DNA of 63,859 bases, counting the filler, from Basidiobolus ranarum (taxonomy: Eukaryota): NCBI GenBank assembly GCA_040143965.1. It is 30 parts of 30 records of this genome, joined end to end, with 100 filler letters (N's around TTAATTAATTAA, not from the genome) between each part and the next. Parts side by side here need not be neighbours in the genome. Positions count along the whole stretch, not along the records: positions 1 to 2,041 come from JASJQH010003873.1; positions 2,142 to 4,181 come from JASJQH010003874.1; positions 4,282 to 6,320 come from JASJQH010003875.1; positions 6,421 to 8,458 come from JASJQH010003876.1; positions 8,559 to 10,596 come from JASJQH010003877.1; 25 more parts are not named here. The stretch is one strand, 5' to 3'. The position numbers were made by a program, and so were the translations under genes. Below the pieces are notes generated by a model. The model did no database searches, was not told the origin of the DNA, and worked only from the letters and a program-made list of their open reading frames with translations. Shown in pieces: positions 1 to 10,696 of the stretch (position 1 is the stretch's first letter; every line of letters begins with the position of its first letter).

Positions 1-490
1 AAAAGCCACAACAGTCAAACACAAACCTCCACGTAGATTACGTGTCACAACACATTCTGCCATGCAACTGAGGTCACAGCTACCAGTCAAAAGAGATGAA
101 GCTTATACCATATTTGAAGTGGTAAGAACTGCCAAAAGCCAACCTCAAGGTAGATAACTCACTCCAATATGTACTGCAATGCACCCACAACAATGGCCAG
201 TCAAAAGAGATGAAGCTTCCACTGTGGTTAAAGAAGCAATAACCACCAAAAACAAACCACAAGGTAGACAACTCACTCCAACCCATACGGTCATGTGACC
301 ATGGCTACAGCCAGTCAGAAGGGATGAAGCTTCTACCATAGTTGAAGAGGCAAGAACTGCTGAACACAAACCTCAAGGTAGATGACTTGCTCCAACACAT
401 ACTGCCATGCATAGCCAGTTGAAAGATATGATGCTTCTACAATGGTTGAGTAATTAGTAACTGTTGAGCACAAACCTCAAGTGAAGGCTC
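1..490 (+). repeat. Degenerate tandem repeat, 114-bp (38-codon) unit, about 4 copies
   Basis: CCAGTCAAAAGAGATGAAGCTT-like anchor at 83, 197, 311 and 415; a related unit lies at ~5960-6021. Confidence 0.85.
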
Positions 491-1787
491 CACATCTGAA
501 GAAGAGACTGTAGATACAAACAAACTGCCAACTGGACTGGACAAGGCAACACATACCACAGCAAATCAACCTCAAGCCACAACTCATGCTGGCCAAGGTA
601 GAGGGACTTCAGCAGGATCAAAATGGCCAACATAGCACAGAGGTTCAAGCAAAGTACCTTCCATGGAAATATTAAGGAGACAACAAAAGTAACAGAAGCA
701 AATCAGCATGTACTGCTTCAAACCTGGGCAACTGCTAAACACTCTTATTGTTATTTACATTGTCCTATCTTTACTGTTTAGCACATCATGTAAAATCAGC
801 ATGGATTGCAGTTGAATATAGCATAAATTTCTTGAGTTAGATCACAATTGTTTATATCTTTATGAAACACTGATAACATGAAACTGTCATATAACAAAAA
901 AATTAATAATAGCCTACTAATACTAGCAAGTTTACTACAATTAAATGAAAAATATCTGTCAATAAAAAACTTGTGCAGTTGTATTGCTTAATATGGCTCA
1001 ATTCTTTCACATTCTCATCTAATTAGAAGCTTACATGATTGAATGAGTAATATGCCAATTAAAAAATGACCAATCAAGCAAGCCTGAACATTACTATCAT
1101 ATTGCATATCAATCCATTGTCAAGTGCTGTGATTTGTCACCAGTGTATGAGAACTAGTGGTGTTTCACAATGCAGGAGCCATTGAGCCCAATTGAAGAAC
1201 AGGATATTGTGTTAGTGAGAGACAAATGATTAGCCCAAAAACATGTGAATGTCTTGGTTATACATTTGATTGGGTAAGTTACAGTTTAATTTGTTTATTG
1301 TTACATATTCAGTAATTGGTAAGTTCCAAACTAGGGGATGAACTTGCTTTGTCAGTTACCCAAAATGCAATATTAAATTGGGTAACTTGGTATGGGCTGG
1401 CACAATATCACCAAAAAAATCAATGTGACCAATTGTGGTGGGATAGTGCTACATAAGATCCTGCTGGCTGAATTTACAGTTGTTTTTGATTGTATGTACC
1501 CTTTTTATCTGATCATTCTCAAAGGACATTGAAGCCAGTATATTTTTATGTCAGTCACCAGCATATTATTCTACAGAAAGCTGGATATTGCATTGTGGTT
1601 TATCAGTCCTTAGACATTTCTAGAGGCTGGATTCCCTTTCACAAAGACCCAAGGGGCAAGAAACAGACCCATATGACACTACTTCCCAGAGTTATTCAAC
1701 TGTGGTTATCACACCCTTTGAACACATCACAAAACCCTTAGGATATTGCTGTTATAGTTTCTGCTTACACCCTAAAACAACTACATT

Positions 1788-1805
1788 TGGCACTCAATGT
1801 GGGGG
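1788..1805 (+). promoter_or_regulatory. Probable retrotransposon primer-binding site, tRNA-Lys(CUU)-like
   Basis: LTR-like end ...CTACA (1785) + TT + TGGCACTCAATGTGGGGG versus the canonical Lys1,2 PBS TGGCGCCCAACGTGGGGC; two of four mismatches are CpG transitions; a gag-like ORF follows. Confidence 0.6.
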
Positions 1806-1870
1806 GGTTCAACTGAATCTCTCTGAAGACTTACAACAAGAAAGACTACTACTACTACAACTCATTCAAC

Positions 1871-2041
1871 ATGTCAACCCCAATACTACCATTATGCAGA
1901 TCCCCAGGAACTCCCTTCTTTGATGGAACCAAAGTTCAAGCATTCATCAGGAGATGGGAACTTTTCTGCCAAGCTTACAATGTTCCTCAAGACAGAATGG
2001 CTGAGGAACTACCACCTTACTGTGAAGATGATATTATGTTA
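1871..2041 (+). mobile_element. Ty3/gypsy-like gag N-terminus (partial)
   Basis: PFFDGTKVQAFIRRWELFC resembles fungal gag starts and lies just downstream of the PBS. Confidence 0.6.
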
Positions 2042-2141
2042 NNNNNNNNNNNNNNNNNNNNNNNNNNNNNNNNNNNNNNNNNNNNTTAATTAATTAANNN
2101 NNNNNNNNNNNNNNNNNNNNNNNNNNNNNNNNNNNNNNNNN
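2042..2141. other. Artificial contig linker (first of 29 identical 100-bp N44-TTAATTAATTAA-N44 spacers)
   Basis: The identical spacer recurs every ~2.13 kb, carries stops in all six frames, and separates segments whose lengths fall from 2041 to 2024 bp. Confidence 0.99.
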
Positions 2142-3272
2142 TTCTAGTGGTGAGTTGTGTAGATTCTTCTTGTGAAATAGATACCTCGTCAGGAGTCTCT
2201 TTGATTTGGAGTGATCTAGTACGTCTCTGCAACGGTCTAGACTGCTCCAATTTGCCTTTGGGAATATCTTCTGATTCAATAAATTGTCTTGCTTTTCTCT
2301 TTACACCTCTGTTGATTACTCTTGCCATAGTGTCCTGAAATGTTGTTTTGAACTCTGCAACCTCCATCAACAGTTGCTGCAAAGTCTCATTGAGCAGTGG
2401 TAGATATCTATTTAGAACATCTTTTGTCTCTAAAGTTGAGGCCGCAATGGTCGCTTCCGGTCCATACAAGCGAAAACGCAATTGGAATTGTGTCTTTGCG
2501 GACTCAAAATCAAAATTCCTATTTCTCAATTCATGCTTTCTATCCTCATGAGTCTTATTGTATATTTTCTTGCAGACTTCTGAAGGCATGAAGATATAGT
2601 ATTCTCTCCATCAGGTAAATCGCACACTACAATGCATGAATATGCGGGCCATCCTCTTTCTGGTTCTTCATTGACTGCTTGCTCTTCATCAAAAATGGGA
2701 GGAACCTCATGGACTCTTCCAAGCTGGCATTGCTGTTGATGTGTACTACTAGCTGATACCCCAACTTGTGGGGCTCTGGCCCTTGTTGGAGGTGTTACCT
2801 CAATTCTCGGGGTGTGTTCTGTAGAATCATCTTGTGCCCTAGCTACCTCCTCAGCAGTCTCTTGAATTTGGAGTGATCTAGTATATCTGTGCAATGGTAC
2901 AGACTGCTCCAATTTGCCTTTGGGAATATTTTCTGATTCAATAAATTGTCTTGCATTTCTCTTTACACCTTTGCTGATTACTCTTGCCATAGTGTCCTGA
3001 AATGTTGTTTTGAGCTCTGCAACCTTCGTCAACAGTTGCTGCAAAGTCTCATTGGGTAGTAGTAGATATCTATTTTGAACATCTTTTGTCTCTAAAGTTG
3101 TGGCTGCAATGGTTGCTTCTGGTCCATGCAAGCAAAAACACAATTGGAATCATGTCTTTGCGGACCCAAAATCAAAATTCCTATTTCTCAATTCACACTT
3201 TCTATCCTCATGAGTCTTATTGTATATTTTCTTTCAGATTTCTGAAGGCATGAAGACAGAGTATTCTCTCCA
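2142..3272 (-). repeat. 661-bp direct tandem duplication carrying an unidentified decayed ORF
   Basis: 2142-2611 aligns with ~2803-3272; ORFs 2086-2589 and 2526-3143 are paralogous (GPEATIAA..LETKDV..RYL). Confidence 0.9.
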
Positions 3273-4069
3273 AAGCAGAGTTGAAAGTTGCTTCCACTTT
3301 TGTCTAATGCCCCTTCCCCAGCTTCTGTCAAGTTTATCAATAACTCCCATATATCCAAGCAAGAATTCATGGTGGATACCTGAGCATCTATAAAATCATT
3401 AGGCATGCACTGCTTTGTGCAACCCACACCTTCATTTGACTGCATCCATGACATTTTGTAAGTGTGGTTTCCTGTACCAAAGTAGGTGGTGAATCAGTAA
3501 GTATCTGTTTTGACATGATATGTAACTACCATATATATCTATGATGTTAGACTTTATTGGTTTCAATTGGAATTAGGGATCTTTTTATACTATTGGTTAA
3601 GATGTCAAAGTTAATTTCCTATAGTGTGATCAAGCTTATTGCATTCCACTTTGAGCTGTTTCAATATGAATGCAAAATAAATTGATTCAGATCAAACCAT
3701 GATTAACTTTGCTGCTGCAGTTTATTATATAATTTCCATGCAATTACACATAATTGAAATAATTAAGATAATAAATGCAAACAGAAATTTTATCATAAAG
3801 AATGTGGGAAATTTTACAACAATAATTGAAATTCTTAGATAAAAAACTCATGCATGCCAGGTCAATGAGTATAGTGCCAGCTCAGTACAAGATTAATTTC
3901 ATGCTCTCCATCTACTCTAAATAGTCCTTCCTCATTAATCCAATAGTAACCACTGGCTTTCCCATCATCACTCTAGAAGCTATATTAGAGAAATACTCTG
4001 GCTCATACACTCTAATACCTACCAGAAAGCACCTAGTCAATTTGTTTTGTTAATACAAAAACTATTGTC

Positions 4070-4181
4070 TGTTAAAGTATTTGGGAGCCTGTTGGGAGTG
4101 GTTTGGAGAATTAGAGGAATTGGTGGTCTTCACTTATTGATTTATTGAGTAGAAAGTTGACATTAATAGTTTTGTCAAGAT
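4070..4181 (-). mobile_element. Copia LTR family A, 3' part
   Basis: Reverse complement of the end of the LTR at 56828-57175. Confidence 0.85.
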
Positions 4182-4281
4182 NNNNNNNNNNNNNNNNNNN
4201 NNNNNNNNNNNNNNNNNNNNNNNNNTTAATTAATTAANNNNNNNNNNNNNNNNNNNNNNNNNNNNNNNNNNNNNNNNNNNN

Positions 4282-4399
4282 TACTTTTCTACTATATAAG
4301 TCACCATATACTCTTAAGAATAAACTAACTAAAAACACACTATCATAAGTTGCTTCTAATACTCAAAGTCTACCCCCATTATGTCAAGATCCTCCAACA
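4282..4399 (+). mobile_element. Copia LTR family D, 3' part, inserted in CMC ORF2
   Basis: Near-identical to ~35943-36059; ends CCTCCAACA. Confidence 0.85.
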
Positions 4400-4604
4400 T
4401 TTTCTATGGAGGGTTGTCCAATAGTTTGCAAAATAACCATTTTTGAATTTGATGGTCTTGATGGTGTTTCTGTTGTACTTTGCTCAACTATTGATTCACT
4501 ATCTAATTGGGGGATTACAATCTCTTTACTTACACTATTGCTGGAAATGAACACATCCAGTAGATTGATTAATGCTTCATCTTTACTTGAGTTAGTTTCC
4601 AGCA

Positions 4605-5082
4605 TGTTAGGTTTAAGAAATATACTAAATAACTAGTTAAGTGGGTATGTTGAGATTAGGTAGATAGCAACTTGTTACTCAGTAGTTAGTTTTCTCATAA
4701 GAATATATAAAATAATTAGTTGGCTGGGAATGTTGAAAATAGGTCAATAGCAACTCATTATTTAGTAGCTAGTTTATTCATAGTTGGATTATTTATTACT
4801 CAACTCTGCCATTCAAAAGCATGTGTGTATTGCTCTGATTGATAAAGTATGATTTAGATCACTTTTACCCATTGTCACTATTTTCTCACAACTTCTTCAA
4901 ACCTACTTAAAGTTTCACCCATGCTTTACAGGTATGTTTGTTATGATATATACACATCAAATACTGCTACTTTATAGCAACTTATAAATAGCACATATTT
5001 AACTCAACAAATCTCAAGTGTTTAATTCACAAATCCAAATGTTGAATAAACACTTCCAAATGCAATGAACACATTAATCACA
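4605..5082 (+). mobile_element. LTR-like repeat family E (TGTTAGG...ATCACA)
   Basis: TG...CA ends; homologous copies at 34179-34379, 39977-40373 (reverse) and ~49197-49310. Confidence 0.7.
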
Positions 5083-5329
5083 ATATTGGTATTCTAACTT
5101 TTGATCATGTTAAATTGATCTAGACATCTCCACTATGGTCCAATTAGCATGTTGTGCAACTCCATTTTATTATTGAGTGTAAGGTATAGTGGTTCATTGC
5201 TTAATTCCATATTTCAAACAAAACTGTTGGAGGAAAAGAATTCTTCTACATCAGACATTTGATCAAAATGCTTAAGGCTAAGAAAATATTAAAAGAAACA
5301 TATTAGTTATCATTTAAAGCCATCAGGAT

Positions 5330-6150
5330 TGCATATTGTGCAATGTGTAAAGGTAGGTGTGGATTAATCAAAGATTTTGCTTTTGTTATTTAATTTTTTG
5401 GTGGCAGATGCCAAAGGTGCCAATGCTTTGTCTGGGTTTTGAGTTTCAAACTAAAGGTATGAACTCTTTTTGCTTGGAAGGTTTGTATTTGGGAGGCAAC
5501 AGTGCCATCACTTGGAAGAGCAAGAAGCAACCAACTTTAGCACTTAACATTGCATAAGCAGAGTATACGGCTGCCTCTGCTACTACACAAGAAGCTATGT
5601 GGTTGAGGAAGTTATTTACAGATTTGGGATACATGTCAAAATATGCTATTACTGTTTTTGAAGAGAATCAAAGTTGTTTTTCATTAGATTAAAACCTAAC
5701 ATTTGATGCTAGAACAAAACATATAAATATTAGATATCCTTCTGTTAGAGAAGCAATAGAGATGTTGAAATTAACATTGCCTAAACACCCGTAACATCAT
5801 ATATAGCTTGGTACTTGCTTATTTCATAATTGATTGGTACTTACTTATTTCATAATTGATTACAATATTATCAGTTATTTCAATTGGAATTTACTTAGAA
5901 CTTTTTTACTAAGCAAAAAATTTCAATACTGACCCCACAAGACTAAGACAACAAGTTTTTGAGAAAGATAGTGAAGCTCTCACTGAGCTTGAAGATGCCA
6001 CAACAGTAGTACACAAACCTCTGTTGAAATTAGCAGTGCCTAAGCACTTATATAGTCATATATAGCTTAGTACTGAGTTATCTTATATTTCACTAAGATA
6101 TTATCCATTATTTGCAATTGGAATTTACTGACAATTTTTTTACCAACCTT
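5330..6150 (+). mobile_element. Decayed copia RNase H plus two LTR-A fragments (from 5763 and 6022)
   Basis: AITWKSKKQPTLAL..AEY..A..EAMWLRKL motif; TGTTGAAATTA LTR starts. Confidence 0.85.
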
Positions 6151-6420
6151 GGCTATATTTGGAACATAGAGTACATCATCTAATTTTGCAGATGTTGTAG
6201 CTGAATTTTGGTCTAAATTGAGTACAACTGTGCCCTTACCAACTGCATCTAGTGCAAAGTCATCACCTAAGTAGACTTTCCTTGTTTGGATTGGTTTTAA
6301 GCTGGAAAACCAATCTTTCCNNNNNNNNNNNNNNNNNNNNNNNNNNNNNNNNNNNNNNNNNNNNTTAATTAATTAANNNNNNNNNNNNNNNNNNNNNNNN
6401 NNNNNNNNNNNNNNNNNNNN

Positions 6421-6665
6421 ACAAGACTGAACAAGGAAGATACTTTGGCAAGAATCTTTATTGATAACTGGCACTGATCAGACTGAGGTCTGATCAAGGA
6501 ATACATGGGGCTTATATGTATATTGCAAGGTGAAACATAATGTACTAAATAGGGAATATACTGTAGCAAGTTTGAGAGTTAGGGTGTTGGGAACTTCAAG
6601 GACCAATACAAAGAGGATGATGTAATATTAATAAGGTGACCTTCCATGGAAGGTCTTGGCACCTA
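6421..6665 (-). mobile_element. Chromovirus LTR family C fragment
   Basis: Aligns with ~47857-48095. Confidence 0.85.
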
Positions 6666-7320
6666 CAGTCAGTACTTCCTTTGAGCCAGTCAAGCCTTTT
6701 CTAGCCATACAGTAGCCTGTAACTGTCTCTAGTAGTCTCTCTTGGTCTTCCTCTTCAAAGGTCTTGCAAGCAGTGATGAAAATAAAGGGTGATCACAAGT
6801 AGTATTTGTTAGTTGAAAACCAGGATGATTTTTTATTTGACAACATATGGCTCCTGTTTATACTTTTCTGTGGATAGAAGTGATTACTAATGAGAAATTC
6901 CAGAAAGTTCCAGAGAATTTTATTGGTGGGGATCTGGGGTTATGATATCATCATAAATCATAATATTAGTAGTCCATGGAAGGCTCCAGCAGATTGTATA
7001 ATAAACCAGGAAATTGTGGAATATTTGGGCAAAGTCAAGTTTTGATTGATCAAAAAAGAATCAGTAATCCAATATTCCAAGGACCTAGTGGAATGTTCTG
7101 GAAGATTGTAGAGTTTTGCAGAAAAGAATAGAGCTAATGTGGGCTAATACTAATAAATCTCAGATAATTGGGGATAATACTAAAGGTGTGATATAATTGG
7201 CTTGAAAATATGGGTAAGTCAAATATGGTTGATTAAAAAGAAATTGTGCAAAAGTAATGATATGAGCTTGGAGTGGAAATAAGTCAGCCTGCCAGTGAGT
7301 AGCAATGCTGCCCCATTACA

Positions 7321-8458
7321 GTGCTTCATTGGGAACTCCCAGAATGTATAATAAGAGCCTATAATCTCTAGGCCTTATGAAAGATGCAGTAGGAAATTTA
7401 CTAAATAACTGCATAAAATCAGTCTATCTTCTTTAAACCTGAGATAAAGTTTTTCATTTCCAATTACAAAATCTTTGCATGGTTGCTATATCTATCTGAG
7501 AGCTGCCAATTTGAGTTGATGCTGTAAGAATATATTAACAATATCCACAAACAACTCCAAATGTTGCCAATACTTATCAGGCAGAAATCTTTTCAAGATT
7601 CTACTTGAATATATACAAATCCAATACTTCCAGTCTTTGCATCTGAGTAAATGCCTAGATGAGTCAATTTTGATGGGAGTCCTGGTAAAATATGATGGTA
7701 TCTTGACATTTTCAAGCATTTTCCCAATTGATTCAAACTTTGATCCTATCTAAATCACTCATTTATATTGAATTTTCTACTATATTGCTGAGTATGTAGT
7801 ATTTAAATGTTGTTGAATAGTAAGTGCATTGTGCCTAATGGGAAGCTCCAGCTCCAGCTGATCCCCTTTAGCAATTTAATCTTAGGCTTATGGCTAATGC
7901 CAACTTTGATGCTAGACTGACTGTTTGACGAATTGATATCAGTGATCATGTAAAAATCTGACCAGGCTCTTGATGGTAAAATCATGGAGTTTAATTTTGT
8001 ATTTGCATGGTAGTGATGCATTGGCCTCATAGATTAGACTCCATTGATGTGACAAAATCTACAGTAAGATAGTGCATTGTGCCCACAAAAGCATCCAAGC
8101 TTACTGATGGCAGGAGTGTCACCAATACATACAATGGTATTAGCTTTTATAAAATATTTACCCATCTGAACCCCATCAGATAACAGTAAAAATTCCATCA
8201 TCAAAGGCTCCAAAAAGCTGTTTATAAGTACTGGTGATTTAAGTCCAGATATAATGAAAGTTTCCAAATAGCATGACTCTTATGCAATTCAGAAGGAGGG
8301 AGATTTAGGTAAACTGAAATTATTGGCCAGCACCCCTTTGCAAGGGCATATTTTTTTACTGAGGAACCATCCAGAGCCAATGCAAATGCATGATCATATA
8401 AGTTCACAAAGAAACCTTGACTTTTTAAATTCTGGTAGTGATATCTATCCAGTATATT
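7321..8458 (-). mobile_element. CMC/EnSpm (Tnp2/Transposase_21-like) transposase, decayed fragment
   Basis: LALDG..WPI..LNLPP..E, SFLEPL..E, GDTPAISKL..GHNA..YCRFC and KDWK..LPDKY.QH motifs, with frameshifts. Confidence 0.85.
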
Positions 8459-8558
8459 NNNNNNNNNNNNNNNNNNNNNNNNNNNNNNNNNNNNNNNNNN
8501 NNTTAATTAATTAANNNNNNNNNNNNNNNNNNNNNNNNNNNNNNNNNNNNNNNNNNNN

Positions 8559-8635
8559 ATCATGGTTCTCTAATGGTTTTGCAATCTGGAAGGGTCAATC
8601 CAATCTGGATCAAGTCAATTTAATTTTTGTTAGGG
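8559..8635 (+). mobile_element. CMC transposon terminus on the transposase side, ending TTTTTGTTAGGG
   Basis: Homology stops at the same base in copies at 29278, 30768 and 32931. Confidence 0.8.
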
Positions 8636-10023
8636 AAACTATCAATGTCAACTCTCTACTCAGTAAATTGATTAGTGAACATCACCAATATCTCTCATTC
8701 TCCAAACCACTTCCAACAGGCTCCCAAATATTGTAACATTTGCCTGGCACCTGAGTAGCAATTTAGTTCAACAAACAGATATTTTCAGCAAAGTTGAATA
8801 AAACTGGCTATGGAATGCTCAAGCCCTTCTTTGACCATAATCTCTCAAAACTGGCAGTCTCTTGCCTAAGAAAAGAATTGGAAATCTTTATATTTCAGCA
8901 ATCAAGGAAAGAGAGGATGCAGGACATAGGTGAAGAAAGTTACAAAGTAAAACACCAAGCACAAGGAAACTTCAATCAAGCCCAAGACTTAATTATTTTT
9001 TGCATTAATTGACAAGAAATCTACAATATATTTTCATTGCAACAATGCTAGTTGAGTGACAATTGAAGTAAAAAGGGTCATCAAACAATCATATATCTGA
9101 CTACTAAATTCATCTCTACATTGATCAATGCTAGCAGTAACATCTTGCTGAGCAATGCACCACATCTGGCCAAAGCATTATTTTAAGTCAGATATATGTA
9201 GCACTTAAAGAATCCCCATAGGTTTCACAAGCAGTAATCATTCTTTGTAAATCTTTTTGGTGCACAATATTTTCTGCTGCCACTCTTGTCAATGCAGAAA
9301 TTACAGACAGTATTACATTGTAGCCACAACTACAGTGAATAATGTAGCAAGAGTTAGGTTTGACAATGCAAAGTTAATGATCAGAAAGAGGTTCATTATT
9401 CCTGTGGGATATTCACAATCACTCTATCACTATGTAGTCAAAGATTGATTATGCCATCCAATGCCAAAGTTGGAGTGTAAATACTGTTGATAGTCAAAAA
9501 AAACAAGGACTGCCAGGATATCCTACCCTATGATGGCAGAGGGGAATGTCTACTTGCTGGTGGTAATTGAGATGAAAGAATTAATTTTTACTAGTTATTT
9601 TGGGCAAAACAGAGTATGGTAAGGTTGTTGATAATAGGCTTACTGGCATGGGCATAATAACTTGCAACTTGGTGGCAACAAATGGACAGCTTTGGTCAGA
9701 TTATATTTGCTAGTAGAAGTTACTCAACAAACTAATCAACCTTGAATTTGTTCACTTGGGTACTAACCTTTTCAAAGAAACTTGCTAAAACCATTAAACT
9801 TACCATTATGAAAGTGATTTTTGACAAAACAATTATCTTATGATATGTTTGTATATTTATAATAACAGCAAAAAAAAAGAGTATAAATTATTGGCAATTG
9901 ACTAATATATAAGCAGCACTTCATAAGTCACATAAAGTACAAGCTTTTCCATGTATAGACATAACTATATACATCCAATTTCTATATTTAAAACCAACGC
10001 TTTTTTCTCCTATGAGTATCTAT

Positions 10024-10596
10024 TTAGAATGTAGCAGCAACTCCTCTTTTTCTAGAATCAGATGTTTTCCAGAATCAGATGTTTTCTAGAATCAGATGTT
10101 TTTTAGAATCAGATGTTTTCCGGAATCAGATGTTTTTTAGAATCAGATGTAGCATTGAAATATCCACTTGGTAGTCTGGAAACTGCTTGAACAATACATT
10201 GTGTGGTAGCTAATCAGGTAATGTTATGTCCGAGTGCTTCCAAAGATTTAATGTAATGATCAACGTATTGTGGCTCTACAGTCACTTCATCCGGCATTAG
10301 CTGATGATGAGCATGAGGTGCAGCAATTGCTTTATCGACACTTCCAGCCAAATTGTATATATTGAGAATGGCTTGGATGGTTGCCATTGTTATATAACTA
10401 CCACCACTAGCACCCACTGCTAAAGATGGATACCCATTGGTCTCTACTATGGTTAGTGACATGGATGAGAGTGGACGTTTACCGGGTTGGATAAAATTGT
10501 CTGGCGATGGAAGGAACCCAAATGCATTCACCAATCCAGGTGAAGAGAAATCATCCATGTCATTATTGAAAACAATACCAGTTTCATGATCCATAA
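10024..10596 (-). pseudogene. Gamma-glutamyltranspeptidase C-terminal part, disrupted
   Basis: TGIVFNNDMDDFS, NFIQPGKRPLSSMS, GASGGSYI, HHQLMPD; in-frame TGA at 10214-10216; terminal SDSRKRGVAATF frameshifted by a repeat expansion. Confidence 0.9.
10048..10149. repeat. 17-bp minisatellite x6 (TTTTCTAGAATCAGATG variants) inside the GGT 3' end
   Basis: GAATCAGATG at 10055, 10072, 10089, 10106, 10123 and 10140. Confidence 0.97.
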
Positions 10597-10696
10597 NNNN
10601 NNNNNNNNNNNNNNNNNNNNNNNNNNNNNNNNNNNNNNNNTTAATTAATTAANNNNNNNNNNNNNNNNNNNNNNNNNNNNNNNNNNNNNNNNNNNN

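Noticed and set aside
2042-2141. Regularly spaced TTAATTAATTAA palindrome as a biological repeat array
   Set aside because: It is an N-flanked six-frame-stop linker between size-sorted contigs. ORFs ending in X..LIN and any cross-linker synteny are artefacts.
5808-5859. 26-bp tandem duplication inside an LTR-A fragment
   Set aside because: A simple slippage event, absent from the other LTR-A copies.
6666-7320. Possible further LTR ending CCCATTACA
   Set aside because: Single copy with no definable start, PBS or TSD, so it cannot be supported.
10048-10149. 17-bp repeats as a CRISPR array
   Set aside because: Units are contiguous with no spacers, derive from GGT coding sequence, and no cas genes are present.
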